64,000 bases of DNA from Candidatus Methylomirabilota bacterium (GCA_035762565.1 DASTOJ010000128.1:1451-65450); one strand, 5' to 3'; numbered from the stretch's first letter, positions 1-9,485 are shown. The notes: generated from the letters alone by a model not told the origin. Program-made: numbers and translations.

Positions 1-305
1 ATCACCACCTGGGCCTGTTCGCGCAGCCCGGCGTGCGGCCGCCCGACGAGCGCGTGGCGCGCATGTACCACTCGGCGTGGGAGGTGGGCGAGCTGACCGA
101 CCTGGCCCGCGCGCGGCAGCGGCTGACCGAGGCGCGCTCCCTCGTCGGCCAGTCGGACCACGGCACCAGCCTCTCGCTCTACGCCAAGGACCCCGACGGC
201 CTGGAGTTCGAGCTGTTCTGGACGGTGCCCGGCGGCACGCCGGCGGGCACCCGACCGCTCGACCTCGAGGGCGAGCTGGCCCGCCGCGGGCTCGCGGTCC
301 GGTAG
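1..305 (+). CDS. VOC/glyoxalase-dioxygenase family protein, C-terminal part (5' end outside the window)
   Basis: The frame is open from base 3 (HHLGLFAQPG...) to the window edge. The tail ...GTSLSLYAKDPDGLEFELFW... resembles the last beta-alpha-beta module of VOC-fold enzymes. The ORF-track start at 33 is only the first in-window GTG. Confidence 0.55.
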   Translation, partial: HHLGLFAQPGVRPPDERVARMYHSAWEVGELTDLARARQRLTEARSLVGQSDHGTSLSLYAKDPDGLEFELFWTVPGGTPAGTRPLDLEGELARRGLAVR

Positions 306-315
306 GGCGGGGTCC

Positions 316-1083
316 GTGCGCCTGGGCGGCAAGATCGCGCTCATCACCGGCGCCAGCCGCAACATCGGCCGCGCGATCGCGCTGGCCTTCGCGGCCGAGG
401 GCGCCGACCTGGTGCTCAATACCCGCGCGAACGCCGACGAGCTGGAGGCGGTCGCCGCGGAGTGCCGCAAGGCCGGCGTGCGGGCCGTCAGCATCCTCGC
501 CGACGTCGGCGACGCGGCGGCCGTGGACGCCATGGTCGCCCGTGGCGTGACCGAGCTGGGGGCGATCGACGTGCTCGTGTGCAACGCGGCCATCCGGCCG
601 CACACGAGCGTGACCGAGACGTCGCTCGAGGACTGGCACCGCGTGCTCGCCGTCAACCTGCACTCGGCCTTCTACCTGACCCGCGCCGTGCTGCCCGGCA
701 TGAAGGCGCGCCGACGCGGCAGCATCATCGCGCTGGGCGGGCTGTCGAGCCTCACCGGGCGCCCGAACACCGCCGCGGTGACGACCGCGAAGACCGGCCT
801 GCTCGGCCTGGTCCGCGCGCTGGCCGCGGAGCTGGGACCGTTCGGCATCCGCGCCAACATGGTCGTGCCGGGCTTCATCGACACCGAGCGGCGCTACGCC
901 GACTGGTACCCGGAGTTCAAGCAGGCCCCGCCGGGCGCGCCCGAGCAGGTCAAGCAGATCCCGCTTGGCCGTCTCGGGCGTCCGGAGGACATCGCGGACG
1001 CCTGCGTGTTCCTGGCCGGCGACGCTTCCGCCTACGTCACCGGCGACACCATCCGCGTCATGGGTGGGCGCTTCATCAGCTGA
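316..1083 (+). CDS. short-chain dehydrogenase/reductase (FabG-like)
   Basis: 255 aa. It has the Rossmann motif ITGASRNIGRAIA, NAA in place of NNAG, and PGFIDT after the active-site region, followed by a typical SDR C-terminus (GDASAYVTGDTIRVMGG). Confidence 0.85.
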   Translation: MRLGGKIALITGASRNIGRAIALAFAAEGADLVLNTRANADELEAVAAECRKAGVRAVSILADVGDAAAVDAMVARGVTELGAIDVLVCNAAIRPHTSVTETSLEDWHRVLAVNLHSAFYLTRAVLPGMKARRRGSIIALGGLSSLTGRPNTAAVTTAKTGLLGLVRALAAELGPFGIRANMVVPGFIDTERRYADWYPEFKQAPPGAPEQVKQIPLGRLGRPEDIADACVFLAGDASAYVTGDTIRVMGGRFIS

Positions 1084-1095
1084 CGCACGATCGCG

Positions 1096-2055
1096 TCACT
1101 TCGTGCGATAGACGACGAGCCGGTCGGCGCCCGACTCCGGTGCCCATACCTCGCCGGGGCGGCCCAGGATCTGGCGCACGTTGGCGCCGCGCCGGTCGCT
1201 GGGGAACGCCTGGAAGGTTTCCGTCTCGGGGTCGAAGCGTACCATCGCGTTGGCGCTCCACTCGCTCACCCAGATCTTGTCCCGGTCGTCGACGTAGACG
1301 GCATACGCGCGGGGCGCGTCGCCCGGCAGCTTCCAGGTCTTCCAGTCGCCGGCCTTCGGGTCATAACGGCTCAGGTTGCCGGAGTTCCACTCGCTGACCC
1401 AGACGCGCCCCTTGGAATCCGACCACACCCGCCGGGCGCCCTGGCCCTTGGTGGGCGGCTCGATGACAGTGGCGGCGCCGGTGTCGAGATCGATCCGCGC
1501 GATGTGACTGCCGGCCAGCGAGGCGTAGTAGACCGCGCCGTCGGGGGTCGTCGCGATGCCGTAGGGGCCCCGCCCCCGCGGCGCGTCCCAGACCTGCAGG
1601 TCGCCGGTCGCCGGATCGAGGCGGCCGTAGACGCCGTTCTGGCCGGTGAACCACACACGGCGGCGCCGGTCAAAGGTGAGCGTGTTGAGGTTGACGTAGC
1701 CGCGCGCCTCCGGCAGCGCCCAGCTCTTCACCACCCGGGTCTTTGGGTCGACGCGAACGATCGCGTTGGTACCGCTCGCGGTGACCCAGGGGGCGCCGTC
1801 GGGGCCGATGACGACGCCGTGCGGGGCGGCGCCGCGACCGAGCGGCACCAGCTCGACCTTGCCGGTGGCCGGATCGAGACGGCCGAGGTGGCCGCTGCGC
1901 TGCGCGGTGTACCAGACGATGCCATCGGCGCCGACGGCCACGTCGTGGGCGCCCCCGCCCTTGGGCAGGTCGTAGGCCTGGATGGCGATCTCGGCGCCGG
2001 CGGAGGGCGCCACGACGATCAGCGTGATGAACAACGCGAGCAGCGCGTGGGGCAT
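1096..2055 (-). CDS. secreted beta-propeller protein of the virginiamycin B lyase (Vgb)/streptogramin-lyase-like type
   Basis: ORF 1096..2472 is trimmed to the ATG at residue 140 (MPHALLALFITLIVVAPSAGA, a signal peptide). Six or seven repeats of the form G.vW.t......l.R.DP.TG are present (GIVWYTAQRSGHLGRLDPATG, GAPWVTASGTNAIVRVDPKT, RVWFTGQNGVYGRLDPATG, GAVYYASLAGSHIARIDLDTG, RVWVSEWNSGNLSRYDPKAG, KIWVSEWSANAMVRFDPETE). Confidence 0.6.
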   Translation of the reverse strand: MPHALLALFITLIVVAPSAGAEIAIQAYDLPKGGGAHDVAVGADGIVWYTAQRSGHLGRLDPATGKVELVPLGRGAAPHGVVIGPDGAPWVTASGTNAIVRVDPKTRVVKSWALPEARGYVNLNTLTFDRRRRVWFTGQNGVYGRLDPATGDLQVWDAPRGRGPYGIATTPDGAVYYASLAGSHIARIDLDTGAATVIEPPTKGQGARRVWSDSKGRVWVSEWNSGNLSRYDPKAGDWKTWKLPGDAPRAYAVYVDDRDKIWVSEWSANAMVRFDPETETFQAFPSDRRGANVRQILGRPGEVWAPESGADRLVVYRTK

Positions 2056-2093
2056 GACGACCCTCCTGTCCTGCGAGCGAGTCGACCGATGCG

Positions 2094-2909
2094 TCAGAAG
2101 GCGAGGAAGTCCCGGAGCGCGGCCAGCACGGCTTCGGGGTTGTCCTCGTGCAGCGTGTGGACGGCGCGCGGGATCTCGACGAAGCAGCCGCGCGGTAGCT
2201 CCTTGGCCATGCGCTCGGCCACGTCGCGGTCCAGCACCGTGCTGTGCTCGCCGCGCAGGACCAGCGTGGGCGCCGTGATCGCGCGCAGGGTGGCCCACCA
2301 GTCGACGTCCCCCGTGGAGCGGCGGGTCTTGACGCTCGGGTGCCATTTCCAGACCAGCGCGCCGTCGGGCCGCTGGCGCAGGCTGTGGGAGACGACCCAC
2401 CGGTAGTAGTGGATGCCGGGGTACGGGTTGGCGCGGTAGAGGTGCTGGGCCGCCTGCTCGATGCTCTCCCACGTCTCGGGCTCGGGCGGCCCCGCCGACG
2501 GGGCGCTCGCCTTGGCGCTGATCTCGGGCCCGATGTCGACGACGACCAGCCTGTCCACGCGCTCCGGCCGTTTCGCCGCGAAGTACATGCCGTTGCGGCC
2601 GCCCATCGACAGCCCCACGAGCGTGAACGAGGCGAGACCGAGCTGGTCGACGACGCCGGTGAGGTCGTCGAAGGCGAGGACGGGATTGTAGGCGTCGGCC
2701 GGCTCGCTGTCGCCGTGGCCGCGCTGGTCGAGGGCCAGCACGCGGAAGTGCGGCTGGAGCGCGAGGCTGAGCGTGTCCCAGGCGTGGGCGTGGCCGGTGA
2801 AGCCGTGCAGCAGGAGCAGGGGCGGGCGGCCCTCGCCGCCCCAGTCGAGCAGGTGCAGTCGCAGTCCGTTGACGACGAGGTCGCGGTCGAGTGGGCGCAG
2901 GAGGTTCAT
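2094..2909 (-). CDS. alpha/beta hydrolase
   Basis: It has the HG oxyanion motif (LLLHGFTGHAHAW) and the nucleophile elbow GLSMGG, plus a C-terminal His region (AVHTLHEDNPE). The start is set at MNLLRPL (residue 13 of the ORF). Confidence 0.8.
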   Translation of the reverse strand: MNLLRPLDRDLVVNGLRLHLLDWGGEGRPPLLLLHGFTGHAHAWDTLSLALQPHFRVLALDQRGHGDSEPADAYNPVLAFDDLTGVVDQLGLASFTLVGLSMGGRNGMYFAAKRPERVDRLVVVDIGPEISAKASAPSAGPPEPETWESIEQAAQHLYRANPYPGIHYYRWVVSHSLRQRPDGALVWKWHPSVKTRRSTGDVDWWATLRAITAPTLVLRGEHSTVLDRDVAERMAKELPRGCFVEIPRAVHTLHEDNPEAVLAALRDFLAF

Positions 2910-2944
2910 GGCGCCAGGATACCGCACCGCCGGGCCCGCACGCA

Positions 2945-2973
2945 TTGACGCCGCCGCCGAGGACCCCTAAGAT
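2945..2973 (+). promoter_or_regulatory. sigma70-like promoter for the dienelactone hydrolase gene
   Basis: TTGACG (2945-2950), a 17-nt spacer, then TAAGAT (2968-2973). AGGAGG lies at 2983-2988 and the GTG start at 2993. Confidence 0.4.
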
Positions 2974-2992
2974 CTGCCGACCAGGAGGTCAG

Positions 2993-3736
2993 GTGATCGT
3001 CCGCTACGAGGTTCGCGATCTCGGCACCCCGACCGGGACCATGCGGACTCACGTCTACGCGCCGGCGCTCCCGCCGGGGTCGCGGCGCCTCCCGGGGCTG
3101 CTGCTCTACCCGGAGATCTACCAGCAGACCGGCCCGATCGCGCGGCTGTCGATGCAGTTCGCGGGGCACGGGTACGTCGTGATGGCGCCCGAGATCTACC
3201 ACGAGCACGAGCCGCCCGGCACGGTGCTCGCCTACGACACGGCCGGGACCGACAAGGGTAACGCGTACAAAGAGAAGACCCGCCTCTCGACGTTCGACGA
3301 CGACGCCACCGTCATGCTCCGCGCGCTCGCCGCGGATCCGGCCTGCAACGGGCGCATCGGCGCCGTCGGGTTCTGCATCGGCGGGCACCTGGCCTTCCGG
3401 GCGGCGCTGCAGCCGGAGATCCTGGCCGCCTGTTGCTTCTATCCGACCGACCTGCAGGGCGGCATCCTCGGCGAGGGCAAGTGCGGCGACACGCTGGCCC
3501 GGGCGGGCGAGGTCCGCGGCGAGCTGGTCATGCTCTGGGGCCGCCAGGATCCCCACATCCCCGACGGGGCGCGGGCCGCGATCTACACGGCGCTCCGGGA
3601 CGCCGGCGTTCGCTTCACCTGGCACGAGTTCAACGCCGAGCACGCCTTCATGCGCGACGAGGGGCCGCGCTACGACCCCGAGGCCGCGCGCGTCGGCATG
3701 GGCATCGCGCTGGCTCTCTTCCAGCGGACCCTGTAG
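2993..3736 (+). CDS. dienelactone hydrolase family protein
   Basis: A GTG start follows an AGGAGG RBS. The Cys-nucleophile motif GFCIGGH is present, with a C-terminal HAF(MRD) His region. Length is 247 aa. Confidence 0.8.
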   Translation: MIVRYEVRDLGTPTGTMRTHVYAPALPPGSRRLPGLLLYPEIYQQTGPIARLSMQFAGHGYVVMAPEIYHEHEPPGTVLAYDTAGTDKGNAYKEKTRLSTFDDDATVMLRALAADPACNGRIGAVGFCIGGHLAFRAALQPEILAACCFYPTDLQGGILGEGKCGDTLARAGEVRGELVMLWGRQDPHIPDGARAAIYTALRDAGVRFTWHEFNAEHAFMRDEGPRYDPEAARVGMGIALALFQRTL

Positions 3737-3765
3737 CGCCCGTCGGATCGCCCGGGACGCTCGCC

Positions 3766-5400
3766 ATGTCGACGCTCTACCAGCTCGAGACGGTCGTCTT
3801 GCTGCTGATCGTCGTCGTCGCGCTCGTCACGCTGGCCAACCGCGTCCTGGTCCCGTATCCCATCCTGCTGGTCATCGGGGGCCTGACGGTCAGCCTCCTG
3901 CCGTGGGCCCCGGTCGTCCCGCTCGACCCCGAGCTCGTCTTCGTCATCTTCCTGCCGCCCATCCTCTGGTCGGCCGCCTACTTCACGTCGCTGCGCGATT
4001 TCGTCGCCAATCTGCGCCCGATCATGCTGCTGGCCGTGGGCCTGGTGCTGGCGACCTCCGCCGCGGTGGCCGTCGTGGCCCGGCTCGTCATTCCGGGGCT
4101 GAGCTGGCCGGTGGCGTTCGCGCTGGGCGCGATCGTCTCGCCCCCCGACGCGGTGGCGGCCACGGCGATCGCGCGGCGGCTGGGGCTCCCGCACCGGCTC
4201 GTCACGATCCTGGAGGGCGAGAGTCTCGTCAACGACGCCACCGCGCTCGTGCTCTACCGCGGCGCCGTGGCGGCCGCGGTCAGCGGCGGCTTCGCGGTCG
4301 GCGAGATCCTGGGCCAGTTCGTCCTGGCGGCGGCCGGCGGCGTCGCCGTCGGTCTCGTCGTCGGCGTGGTGACGCGGTGGGCGCTGCGCCTCACGACCGA
4401 CAGCCTCGCGGCGATCGCCATCACGCTGCTGGCGCCGTACGCCGCCTGGATCATCGCCGAGCGGTTCCACGCCTCGGCCGTCCTCGCCTGCGTGGCCGGA
4501 GGCCTCTACGTCCGGCAGAGCTTCAGCGAGGTCGTGAGCCCGGCCACGCGCCTGCAGGCGCGGGCGGTCTGGGACCTGCTGGTCTTCGTGCTCAACGGCC
4601 TGATCTTCATCCTGATCGGCTTGCAGCTGGCGGCGATCCGGCAGGGCGGGCTGGCCACCCCGTGGCCGACACTGCTGGCCCACGGCGCCGTGGTCAGCGC
4701 GACGGCCATCGCGGTCCGCCTGGCATGGGTTCCGCTGGCGGCGGTGCTGTCGCGGCTCGCGAGCCCCGCGCTCCGGGCCCGGGAACCGGGCCCGCCGTGG
4801 CCCGCGCTGTTCATCCTGGGCTGGGCGGGGATGCGCGGCATCGTCTCGCTCGCCGCCGCGCTCGCGCTGCCGCTGGCGGCGGCGTCCGGCGTGCCCTTTC
4901 CGTTCCGCGAGGAGATCATCGTGCTCGCGTTCGCCGTGATCCTGAGCACCCTGGTGGTGCAGGGGCTGACGCTATCGCCCCTCATCCGGACGCTGCACCT
5001 GGGCGAGGATGCGACGCTGGAGCAGGAGGAGACCCGGGCGCGGGAGACGGCCGCCCGGGCGGCGCTCGCCCGGCTGGACGAGGTCGCCGCGGCGCCGTGG
5101 GCGCGCCGGGACCAGGTCGAGCGCATGCGCATGCTCTATGCCCAGCGCCTGGCCCGCTCCTCGCCGCTGCTCCAGAGTGCCGACCCCGCGGCGGCCGCGG
5201 CCCAGGCCGGCTACCGCCGGCTGCGACACGCGACGCTCGACGCCGAGCGGCAGGCCGTCGTCGGGCTGCGCGACCAGGGAGTCATCAGCGACGAGGTGCT
5301 GCACCGGCTGGAGCAGGAGCTCGACGTCGAGGCCATGCGCACCGGCCTCGGCGAGGTGCGGATGGGCCGGCCCACCTACCCGCGGCAGCGTCCGGGATGA
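3766..5400 (+). CDS. Na+/H+ antiporter (CPA1/NhaP-type)
   Basis: ORF 3433..5400 is trimmed to MSTLYQLETVV. There are about 12 hydrophobic helices, and the motifs SPPDAVAA and ILEGESLVNDATALV are typical of CPA1 exchangers. A long helical cytoplasmic tail follows. Confidence 0.85.
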   Translation: MSTLYQLETVVLLLIVVVALVTLANRVLVPYPILLVIGGLTVSLLPWAPVVPLDPELVFVIFLPPILWSAAYFTSLRDFVANLRPIMLLAVGLVLATSAAVAVVARLVIPGLSWPVAFALGAIVSPPDAVAATAIARRLGLPHRLVTILEGESLVNDATALVLYRGAVAAAVSGGFAVGEILGQFVLAAAGGVAVGLVVGVVTRWALRLTTDSLAAIAITLLAPYAAWIIAERFHASAVLACVAGGLYVRQSFSEVVSPATRLQARAVWDLLVFVLNGLIFILIGLQLAAIRQGGLATPWPTLLAHGAVVSATAIAVRLAWVPLAAVLSRLASPALRAREPGPPWPALFILGWAGMRGIVSLAAALALPLAAASGVPFPFREEIIVLAFAVILSTLVVQGLTLSPLIRTLHLGEDATLEQEETRARETAARAALARLDEVAAAPWARRDQVERMRMLYAQRLARSSPLLQSADPAAAAAQAGYRRLRHATLDAERQAVVGLRDQGVISDEVLHRLEQELDVEAMRTGLGEVRMGRPTYPRQRPG

Positions 5401-5419
5401 CCCCGCGAGGCGACACGTG

Positions 5420-5440
5420 ACATCAGGCATCATGTGATGT
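5420..5440. promoter_or_regulatory. inverted repeat upstream of vapB (candidate operator)
   Basis: ACATCA-N9-TGATGT lies 30-50 nt upstream of the vapB ATG (5470), and a CACGTG palindrome is adjacent. Confidence 0.3.
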
Positions 5441-5469
5441 ACGGTCGATGCAGACGTGAGGAGGCGGCC

Positions 5470-5676
5470 ATGCGAACCACCCTCAATCTCGACGACGGCC
5501 TGCTCGGTGAGGCGCAGCGCCTCACGGGGATGACCGAGCGGACCGCCCTCATCCATGAGGGGTTGCGCGCCCTGATCGAGCGCGAGAGTGCCCGGCGACT
5601 CGCGCGGCTGGGGGCGACCGAGCGCTCGCTGCGGGTGCCGCCGCGCCGCCGCCCGAAGACCGCGAAAGCCAGGTGA
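5470..5676 (+). CDS. vapB: type II antitoxin VapB (DUF2191-like)
   Basis: MRTTLNLDDGLLGEAQRLTG...TALIHEGLRALIERE is the classic VapB N-terminus. A GAGGAGG RBS precedes it, and its stop overlaps the vapC GTG (GTGA). Confidence 0.75.
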   Translation: MRTTLNLDDGLLGEAQRLTGMTERTALIHEGLRALIERESARRLARLGATERSLRVPPRRRPKTAKAR

Positions 5677-6050
5677 TTCTGGTCGACACGTCGGTCTGGG
5701 TGGAGCACCTCCGCTCCGGGAATCCTCGCCTGGCCGACGAGCTCGGGGCGGGACGCGTGCTCGCGCACCCCTTCGTGATCGGCGAGCTGGCCTGCGGGAC
5801 CCTCCGAAATCGGCGTGAAGTCCTCGATCTGCTCGGAAGGCTGCCGGCGGTTCCGATCGCCGGTCATGCAGAGGCTCTCGACTTTCTCGAGCGGCGGGTT
5901 CTCATGGGGCGCGGCATCGGGTACATCGACGTGCACCTGCTGGCCTCGGCGGCGCTGGCCGCCCCGGCCCGACTGTGGACGCGCGACCGGCGGCTGGCGG
6001 CGGTCGCCGCGGAGCTGGACCTCGGCTACGAGTCGCCGGCACGGCGCTAG
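5673..6050 (+). CDS. vapC: PIN-domain ribonuclease toxin VapC
   Basis: 125 aa. The sequence begins MILVDTSVWVEHLR, the first PIN acidic residue, and later acidic positions (IGELA, YIDVHLL, TRDRR) fit the PIN signature. Confidence 0.85.
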   Translation: MILVDTSVWVEHLRSGNPRLADELGAGRVLAHPFVIGELACGTLRNRREVLDLLGRLPAVPIAGHAEALDFLERRVLMGRGIGYIDVHLLASAALAAPARLWTRDRRLAAVAAELDLGYESPARR

Positions 6051-6069
6051 TCAGCGAGCCGTTCTCTCG

Positions 6070-7311
6070 ATGCCGCGGGGTCGGGTGTTCTACGGATGGT
6101 GGATCGTCGCCGCCGGCTTCGGCCTGGAGAGCCTGATCGGCGCCCTCATGTTCCACGCCTACGGGGCCTACCTCGTGCTCCTGCGCGAGGAGTTCGGCTG
6201 GAGCAAGACCATGCTCTCGGCGGCCTTCGCGATGGCGCGGGCGGAGAGCGGCATCCTGGGGCCGGTGCAGGGCTGGCTCACCGACCGCTTCGGGCCCCGC
6301 GTGCTCATCCGGGTCGGCATGGTCGTCTTCGGCGCCGGCTTCATCCTCTTCAGCCAGATCGGCGGCCCGGTCGCGTTCTTCGTGACGTTCTTCCTCATGG
6401 CCCTCGGCTCGAGCCTCGGCGGCTACCTGCCGATCGGCGTCGCCATCGTCCGGTGGTTCCGGCGGCAGCGGGCGCTGGCGCTCAGCATCAGCGCGACCGG
6501 CATGGCGATCGGCGGCCTGCTCACCCCGCTGGTGGTCCTGGCGATGAGTCGCTTCGGCTGGCGGTGGACCGCGTTCGTCTCGGGCGTGCTGGTGATCGCG
6601 GCCGGGCTGCCGCTGGCCCAGCTCGTGCGCTCCGGTCCCGAGGCGTACGGCCTGACCCCCGACGGCGACCCGCCCCGGGCGGTGGCGGCCGACATGCCGG
6701 CGCGCGCCGCCGGCCCCGAGCGCAACTTCACGCCCCGCCAGGCGCTGGCCACGCGGGCGTTCTGGTACATCTCGGCCGGCCACGGCGCCGCCCTGCTGGT
6801 CGTCTCCGCCGTGCTCGTCCACATGGTGATCCACGTCACCGAGCGGCTCGGCTTCTCGCTCCCCCAGGCCGCGTCGGTGGCGGCGCTGATGACCGTGATG
6901 CAGGCGATCGGGCAGCTGAGCGGGGGCTGGCTCGGCGACCGCTTCAGCAAGCGCCGGATCGCCGCCGCCTGCATGCTGGGCCACGCCGTCGGCCTCGTCG
7001 TGCTGGCGGTGGCGACGGCGTTCTGGATGGTCCTCGCCTTCGCCGTGGTGCACGGCCTGGCCTGGGGGATGCGAGGGCCGCTGATGTCGGCGATCCGTGC
7101 CGACTACTTCGGCAGCGCCTCCTTCGGCATGATCACCGGCATCTCCTCCATGGTCCTGATGGTCGGGATGATGGGCGGCCCGCTGGTGGCCGGCATCCTC
7201 GCCGACCGCACGGGCAGCTACGTCGCCGGCTTCAGCGTGCTGGCCGCGCTGGCGGCGGTGGGCTCCGTGTTCTTCCTGCTCGCCCGCCGGCCGCGGAGCG
7301 TGGTCCTGTAG
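6070..7311 (+). CDS. MFS transporter
   Basis: ORF 5815..7311 is trimmed to MPRGRVFYGWWIV. There are 12 predicted helices, and the motif GWLTDRFGPR sits in loop 2-3. Confidence 0.8.
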   Translation: MPRGRVFYGWWIVAAGFGLESLIGALMFHAYGAYLVLLREEFGWSKTMLSAAFAMARAESGILGPVQGWLTDRFGPRVLIRVGMVVFGAGFILFSQIGGPVAFFVTFFLMALGSSLGGYLPIGVAIVRWFRRQRALALSISATGMAIGGLLTPLVVLAMSRFGWRWTAFVSGVLVIAAGLPLAQLVRSGPEAYGLTPDGDPPRAVAADMPARAAGPERNFTPRQALATRAFWYISAGHGAALLVVSAVLVHMVIHVTERLGFSLPQAASVAALMTVMQAIGQLSGGWLGDRFSKRRIAAACMLGHAVGLVVLAVATAFWMVLAFAVVHGLAWGMRGPLMSAIRADYFGSASFGMITGISSMVLMVGMMGGPLVAGILADRTGSYVAGFSVLAALAAVGSVFFLLARRPRSVVL

Positions 7312-7368
7312 CGCGGGTCTCCGTTATACTCCGAGCGACTGAAGGCAGCCACGGACGGGAGGAACGCC

Positions 7369-8301
7369 ATGCCTGGAGCGTTGACCGACACTCTGACCAT
7401 CCGTCGCCTGTCTGCGGCGCTGGGCGCCGAGGTGCTCGGCGTCGACCTGGCGCAGCCGCTCGACGCCGCGACGCTGAGGCTTATGCGCGAGGCCTTCCAG
7501 GAGCATCACGTGCTGTGCTTCCGTGAGCAACGTCTGACCGACGCCGAGCTCATGGCCTTTTCGCTGCAGTTCGGCCCGCTCGAGGCCTTCCCCGAGAAGG
7601 ACAAGACGAAGGGGACGATCGAGGTCTACAACGTCGCGAACGTCTCCCCCGAGGGCGTGCATCTGCCGGCCCAGGATCCACACGTCATCTTCCAGCGCAA
7701 CAACGCCCGGTGGCACACGGACAGCTCCTACCGCTTCGTCCCCTCGCTGGCCTCGATACTGTACGGTGTCGAGGTGCTGCCGGAAGGGGCCGAGGGCGGC
7801 GAGACCGGGTTCTCGAACATGCTCCTGGCCTACGAGGCGCTCCCGGACGCCATGAAGCGGCGCCTCGAGCCCCTGCACATGGTCCACCACTACGACGGGA
7901 TCCGGCGGCTCGAGCCCGAGATGCCGCCGACAGCGGCGGTTGAGCGCGACGCGTTTCCACCGGTGTCCCATCCGGTGATCCGCGTACACCCCGACCGGGC
8001 CGGGCGGCGCTCGCTGTACTTCACGTGCAACACCGCGCGTGAGATCGGCGGCGGCACGCTCGAGGAAGGCCAGGCGCTGCACGACTGGCTGCGGGAGCAC
8101 GTCAGCCAGCCGCGCTTCTGCTACTACCATCGCTGGCGCCTCAACGACCTCGTGATGTGGGACAACCGCTGCCTGCTGCACCGCGCGATCCCCTACGACT
8201 ACGCCAGGTACCGCCGCGTTCTGCGCCGGACGACCGTCGCGGGCAGTGGTCCCGTGGTCGGCCCCTTCTCGGTAGGAGCGGGCGCGGCCGGCGGCGCGTA
8301 G
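7369..8301 (+). CDS. TauD/TfdA-family Fe(II)/2-oxoglutarate dioxygenase
   Basis: WHTDSSY supplies the H-x-D iron ligands. A distal His (HRWRLNDLVMWDNRCLLH) and an Arg are also present. Length is 310 aa. Confidence 0.85.
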   Translation: MPGALTDTLTIRRLSAALGAEVLGVDLAQPLDAATLRLMREAFQEHHVLCFREQRLTDAELMAFSLQFGPLEAFPEKDKTKGTIEVYNVANVSPEGVHLPAQDPHVIFQRNNARWHTDSSYRFVPSLASILYGVEVLPEGAEGGETGFSNMLLAYEALPDAMKRRLEPLHMVHHYDGIRRLEPEMPPTAAVERDAFPPVSHPVIRVHPDRAGRRSLYFTCNTAREIGGGTLEEGQALHDWLREHVSQPRFCYYHRWRLNDLVMWDNRCLLHRAIPYDYARYRRVLRRTTVAGSGPVVGPFSVGAGAAGGA

Positions 8302-8416
8302 TCACCGCCGGTCTCACTCGATCACGCGCTCGGCGCGCAGGAGCAGCGGGCGAGGAACGGTCACGCCGAGGGCGCGGGCTGTCTTGAGCAGCCAGGAGCG
8401 CCCGTCTCATGCCCGG

Positions 8417-8770
8417 TCAGTCGGACAGGATCTCGACCGGTCGGGGCAGGGTAACCAGGAAGACGCAGCCGCCCTGGCTGGAGGCGGCATGCTTGCCGTC
8501 GGGCGGCGTGTAGAGATAGTCGCCGGCCTTCAGCCGGTCGGGGCCGATGAGCACGTCACCTTCGAGGACGAACACCTCCTCGCCAGCGGGGTGGTTGTGA
8601 GCCGGGAAGCGGGCCCCCGGCTCGAGGCGGACCAGCGTCGTCGACTCGCCCGTCTCCGGGTTACGGCGCAGCAGCTTGTACGTCACGCCGGGGACCCTCC
8701 CCGGGCGCCATCCGTCGTCGCCGCCTCGCACCACCGTCGCCGACGCGCCTGGCTCGCTCATGTCGTCCAC
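8417..8770 (-). CDS. cupin domain protein (ChrR-like cupin)
   Basis: Cupin motifs are G.RFPAHNHPAGEEVFVLEG and GDYLYTPPDGKH. Length is 117 aa. Confidence 0.7.
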   Translation of the reverse strand: MDDMSEPGASATVVRGGDDGWRPGRVPGVTYKLLRRNPETGESTTLVRLEPGARFPAHNHPAGEEVFVLEGDVLIGPDRLKAGDYLYTPPDGKHAASSQGGCVFLVTLPRPVEILSD

Positions 8771-8816
8771 CTCGTCGCAGTCGGATGTCGCAGGATCGAG
8801 CGTGCCATCTCCCGTC

Positions 8817-9485
8817 TCAGGGGCCCGTCAGGAGCGTCTCGATGTCGTTCAGCACCGTGCGCGGGTGCAGGAACGCCGACGAGTAGATCTCGCGGACGAT
8901 CCCCGCGGGGTCGATCAGGAAGACCTTCAGGACGTGCGTCAGCTCGCGCCGTGGCCCGCCAGCGGGCCGGTCGGCCGGGGCGCGGACGTCCTGGCCGAAG
9001 CCGTCCAGCAGCGGCCGCAGCGCTCGGGCCGAACCCGTGGTGAGGAAGTTCCACCGCGGCCCTGGCCCGTTCTCGCGCTCGCGGCTGCCAGCATAGCGCC
9101 GCATCGCGGCCGGCGTGTCGACCGCCGGGTCGAAGGACAGCGTGACCAGCCGGACTCTGTGACGCATGGCCGGGGTGGCCTCGATGGCGGGCCTCAGGGC
9201 GTCGAATACCCGGTAGGCGAGCGGGCAGCCGTCCGGATCGACGCAGGTGGTGTAGATGAACCCGAGCAGCGTGATGCGGTCGCGGGTGAACGTGGATAAG
9301 CGATGGGCGCGGCCGGCGGTATCCAGCACGTCGCCGTCCGGCGCCACCATGATGCGATGCAGCCGGTAGGTGCCGGGCGCCGGCGGCTCGAAGTCGAGCG
9401 CGGGCAGCGGCGTTCGCTCGTGGCCCGACACGGGGGCGGCGCTGGCGAGCCACGCGAGCGCCAGCGCCGCCGCCGTCCGCCTCAC
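8817..9485 (-). CDS. SCO1/SenC family thioredoxin-fold copper chaperone
   Basis: ORF 8817..10694 is trimmed to a GTG overlapping the upstream stop (GTGA). It has an N-terminal signal/anchor (RRTAAALALAWLASAAP). FIYTTCVDPDGCP carries the metal-binding Cys pair (C-x5-C here, not the canonical C-x3-C). A conserved distal His lies in LTHVLKVFLIDP. Confidence 0.8.
   Translation of the reverse strand: MRRTAAALALAWLASAAPVSGHERTPLPALDFEPPAPGTYRLHRIMVAPDGDVLDTAGRAHRLSTFTRDRITLLGFIYTTCVDPDGCPLAYRVFDALRPAIEATPAMRHRVRLVTLSFDPAVDTPAAMRRYAGSRERENGPGPRWNFLTTGSARALRPLLDGFGQDVRAPADRPAGGPRRELTHVLKVFLIDPAGIVREIYSSAFLHPRTVLNDIETLLTGP

Noticed and set aside
462-1397. Long alternative-frame and antisense ORFs throughout the track. 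Examples: 462-1397, 3903-5420, 5902-7053, 10779-12698, 22843-24357, 36412-37935, 42455-44218, 52298-54241, 52354-54402.
   Set aside because: Their translations are Arg/Pro/Gly/Ala-rich low-complexity strings with no motifs. They overlap ORFs that carry clear family signatures. Such shadow ORFs are expected in roughly 70% GC DNA.
1096-2472. 5' extensions of many ORF-track entries. Examples: 1096-2472, 3433-5400, 8817-10694, 12577-14049, 15533-17509, 38638-40176, 49950-52301, 55079-57052.
   Set aside because: The extensions are noise-like and run across neighbouring genes. An internal ATG, GTG or TTG with an RBS or a 4-nt overlap, together with a family-typical N-terminus or signal peptide, gives the more plausible start.
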